Below, piece by piece: positions 61,301 to 64,000 of a stretch of DNA of 64,000 nucleotides (position 1 is its first letter; each line of letters starts with the position of its first letter). The DNA lies in contig JBLDXI010000009.1 in assembly GCA_047495785.1 (NCBI GenBank), positions 4,030,001 through 4,094,000 of the forward strand, given 5' to 3'. The translations under genes and the position numbers were made by a program. Under the pieces are notes generated by a model, which worked only from the letters and a program-made list of their open reading frames with translations, did not search any database and was not told the DNA's origin. The stretch comes from Lepidodermella squamata. Taxonomy: Eukaryota; Animalia; Gastrotricha.

Positions 61301-62795
61301 CGCGAAAATTTATTCCTCGAGCGTCGTCATCGTCGGTTTTTTATAGCGCATTTTTTATTGTCGCACTAAAAAACATTTATTTTATTACGCTTTCATCTGT
61401 GTGGATCTTTATTTTTTGTACCGTGTGATAGATACTTTGTGGGCACAAATCGTTGTTTTTATTTGTATTTATTTTGTTACAGAACCCACCCGGTCTTTGG
61501 CGGCGAGTATTAGTTGATACTCTAGTAGTGATGAAATAGATAGTAGTAGTAGTTTTTTATTTTATGATTCGCTCATTCAACCGGATGAGTGCATGCTTTT
61601 TCGCGCAATATTTGCGCCCCTGCCGCGTGTTTAATGAACGGCGCCGCTATACTGCGGTCAGATCGTGTTATTTTATTCACATTACCAGTAGCAGCAGCAG
61701 CAGCAGCAGCAGCGAACGATCATCGCTTTGTATGTTGTAGTTGTAGCCGGCTCGTGGTGGTGTTGGTGGTGGGGCTCGAGGCACAGGCGCGAGAAAATCG
61801 CCCTTTTTTATCAAATTACTCATACGCGGGTCATTCGCAAACACTTCCGACCGATATATTTTCAAAACATAGATATAGGTAGGCATAGCATACGAGCACC
61901 TAATGCAATAATATTTAAAGTGGCGCTTATTTACCACCACTTCTCGTTTTTATGATATAGGTAATATTTTTCTATTATTTTTCTGACGCGTTCAAAGGAA
62001 CAAAAACGCGAGCGTCTCGCTGCAAAACTGGCTATTATCATCCATGCATCTGCTCGTTTTTGTTGTTTTAAAAACAACACGCGAACAAAAATTGACAGTT
62101 TTAAGGCAGTTCATTTATTTTTGTTGCGCGCGTCAAAAGCTGCCGAAAATTGTCACCTTTTGCGCGAGACGCGTGTTCAGCTTTTGTTTAGCCACTTACT
62201 TACCTGAGTTTGTGTATGTTGACGTTGTTGTTGACGTCGCGCGCGCTCGTTTGAACTAAACTAGCAACATCAAGGGCGAAACACCTGCTGTCGACGCTCC
62301 GATCTCAAGAGTTGACGCCTTTCGTCGTCACTCACTGCTTTACAGACCCGGCTTTTTATTGCCGCCCTGCTTGCTGCTTCTCAAGTGTACGCTGCTGCGC
62401 GCATGATGTCTCGATTTCAATTTATTATATTTACTATTATCACTTTGGCTCATCTCATCATACTGCGTTCGTTTTGCACTCTCGTGTTGTCAAGCTAATT
62501 GATGCAACAAAATAGCCGGCGGCGCGGCACAGGTAGAATAGTACCCTATTACTTATTACTACTACTACTACTCTCCATTTAGTACCTACCCCCTCTGCAT
62601 AATTATTTTCATTAAAAAGACACGTGCGCACTAAATTAGATGATGATATTTTCCTCATTTTCTCTATAGAAAATTTATATTAAATCAATTTATCAAAAAA
62701 TAACCGCCGCATGGGAGTTGCCGTCCCGCACTGATCCGGATTTTTCGTCGATTATAAACACAAAACATCATCATTGTCAGTTCAATTTTTGAAAC

Positions 62796-62988
62796 ATGCT
62801 GGCCTCTTCCATGTCTTTATTGCTATTATCATCGTTAATTGTTACGACGAGCTACGTCGCGTCAAGTGGCGCGTCGACGGCGTGTTCGACATGTTTCTGC
62901 TCCGGGTCGGAGATCTACTGCCAGGAGAAGCGACTTCCGGCCATCCCCGCCGACCTGCCAAGCTCGATAACAACGCTCAATATGAAAG
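62796..62988 (+). CDS. First coding exon of an extracellular leucine-rich-repeat protein (signal peptide plus LRRNT); the gene probably continues past the window
   Basis: Hydrophobic signal then ACSTCFCSGSEIYCQEKRLPAIPADLPSSITTLNM, the canonical LRRNT cap; GTAAT donor at 62989. Confidence 0.82.
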
Positions 62989-64000
62989 GTAATACTTACT
63001 TGATAAAGTTTCCATATATTTCGCGTTAGGCTATATCATTAACCACTCGTAGTTTCTAATCCATTGTCAGTTATTTTTTGCCGACACCGCGGCAAATATT
63101 TGCCCACGATCTCGTGTGTTGTACGCGGTATAATAACTTCCGTTTTAGTGCTTTTAATTATTATTATTATTGCTGCAGCGCGCTCGCCAGAAAAAAAAAT
63201 ATGATGCCGTAAATTTTATTACGCAGTCATTAATCATTAAGGTGGACTTTTTTGCACCCGCGCGTGCGCTCTCTCTCTCGCCGGAAAAGGTGCCCGATGC
63301 CGGTTGTTATTATTTGCGCACCGTTTTAAGGGTGTCTTAATGAAAAGACAACACACTTATATAGCGGTTTTGTTTGGCGCAAACACGGCCAACGATACAA
63401 ACGGGCAGATGGCCGCGGCACGTCGCACCTGTTTGCCGAACAGGGCCACTGGGCTGCTGCATCTGCCTACCTGTGCTGGCTGCGAGGCCGGAAGAGGTGA
63501 GAAAGGCGACGCGTGATGACCCGGTTGTGACATCGATCCAAGCCGGGCCGGAAAAAGCGCCGCGCTGCCGTTGCGCAACCGCCATTAAGGCGGCGGTGTG
63601 AGGCCCGCTTTCGTCTTTGTGGCGCAACTAATTACTGAGGCTATAGCCGTTTTTTGTCACACATGACCGCGCGCCGACGAGGCGTAACTAGTTGCTTATT
63701 TATTAGTTATATGTTACAAGCAAAGCAGCTCGAGTCGGCAACCCTGGCGAGCGATGGCCTTTTCGCAGACGTTTATCACCGGCCGTGATCTGGCGCGGGT
63801 GCAACCGCTGTTTTGTGTTGGTTCCACCTGATGCGCTGCTATTAGGGCGTGTCCGCAATAATCGCGTGGGGGCCCACTCACTTTCTTAGCAACCGGTCAA
63901 GCGTGTCTGTTTCTTATCATTATCATTTGAAAAGCTGCAACATGTACGCACGCAATGATTGAATTATAATATAACGAGATGTGTTGTGAAAACAGTCTTG

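Noticed and set aside
56212-62658. Numerous 60-125 aa ORFs
   Set aside because: Low-complexity products of triplet-rich non-coding DNA, many with non-ATG starts and no domains.
1-64000. tRNA, rRNA, snRNA/SL RNA genes or CRISPR arrays
   Set aside because: None recognisable by eye; tRNAscan-SE and Infernal would be needed to exclude small RNAs.

Overview
Compact, intron-containing animal (invertebrate) genomic DNA with mostly 50-60 nt introns; the species cannot be determined from the sequence. All host genes from 1.3 to 42.1 kb are on the minus strand. In order: four tandem paralogues of a secreted mosaic protein (signal peptide, PAN, IgGFc-binding, DNDCDG repeats, SUEL lectin-like, F5/8C, two Sushi); ULK4, whose 3.5 kb intron holds two same-strand Cys/His-repeat ORFs and a MITE; an uncharacterised ORF; a Shisa-like membrane protein; an ABCC5-like transporter; NAA35; MTRES1. 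All genes after 43 kb are on the plus strand: a GT91/beta-mannosyltransferase-like propeller protein, ERGIC1, SLC35B1, DDRGK1 (with a Gypsy integrase relic in an intron) and the first exon of an LRR protein. At the single strand switch sits a young RTEX-like LINE (43092-47549). It is flanked by a 477 bp direct duplication that looks identical by eye, its ORF1 and ORF2 are in frame across one TAG, and its ORF1 ATG comes from the duplicated host DNA. Very short intergenic gaps with unpaired splice acceptors suggest trans-spliced operons. Strongest candidates for novelty: the intron-nested CCCH-repeat family, the LINE with its giant target-site duplication and probable readthrough, and the four-gene mosaic lectin-like array. 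Exon boundaries, alignments and identities were read by eye; family assignments come from motif recognition, not database searches.
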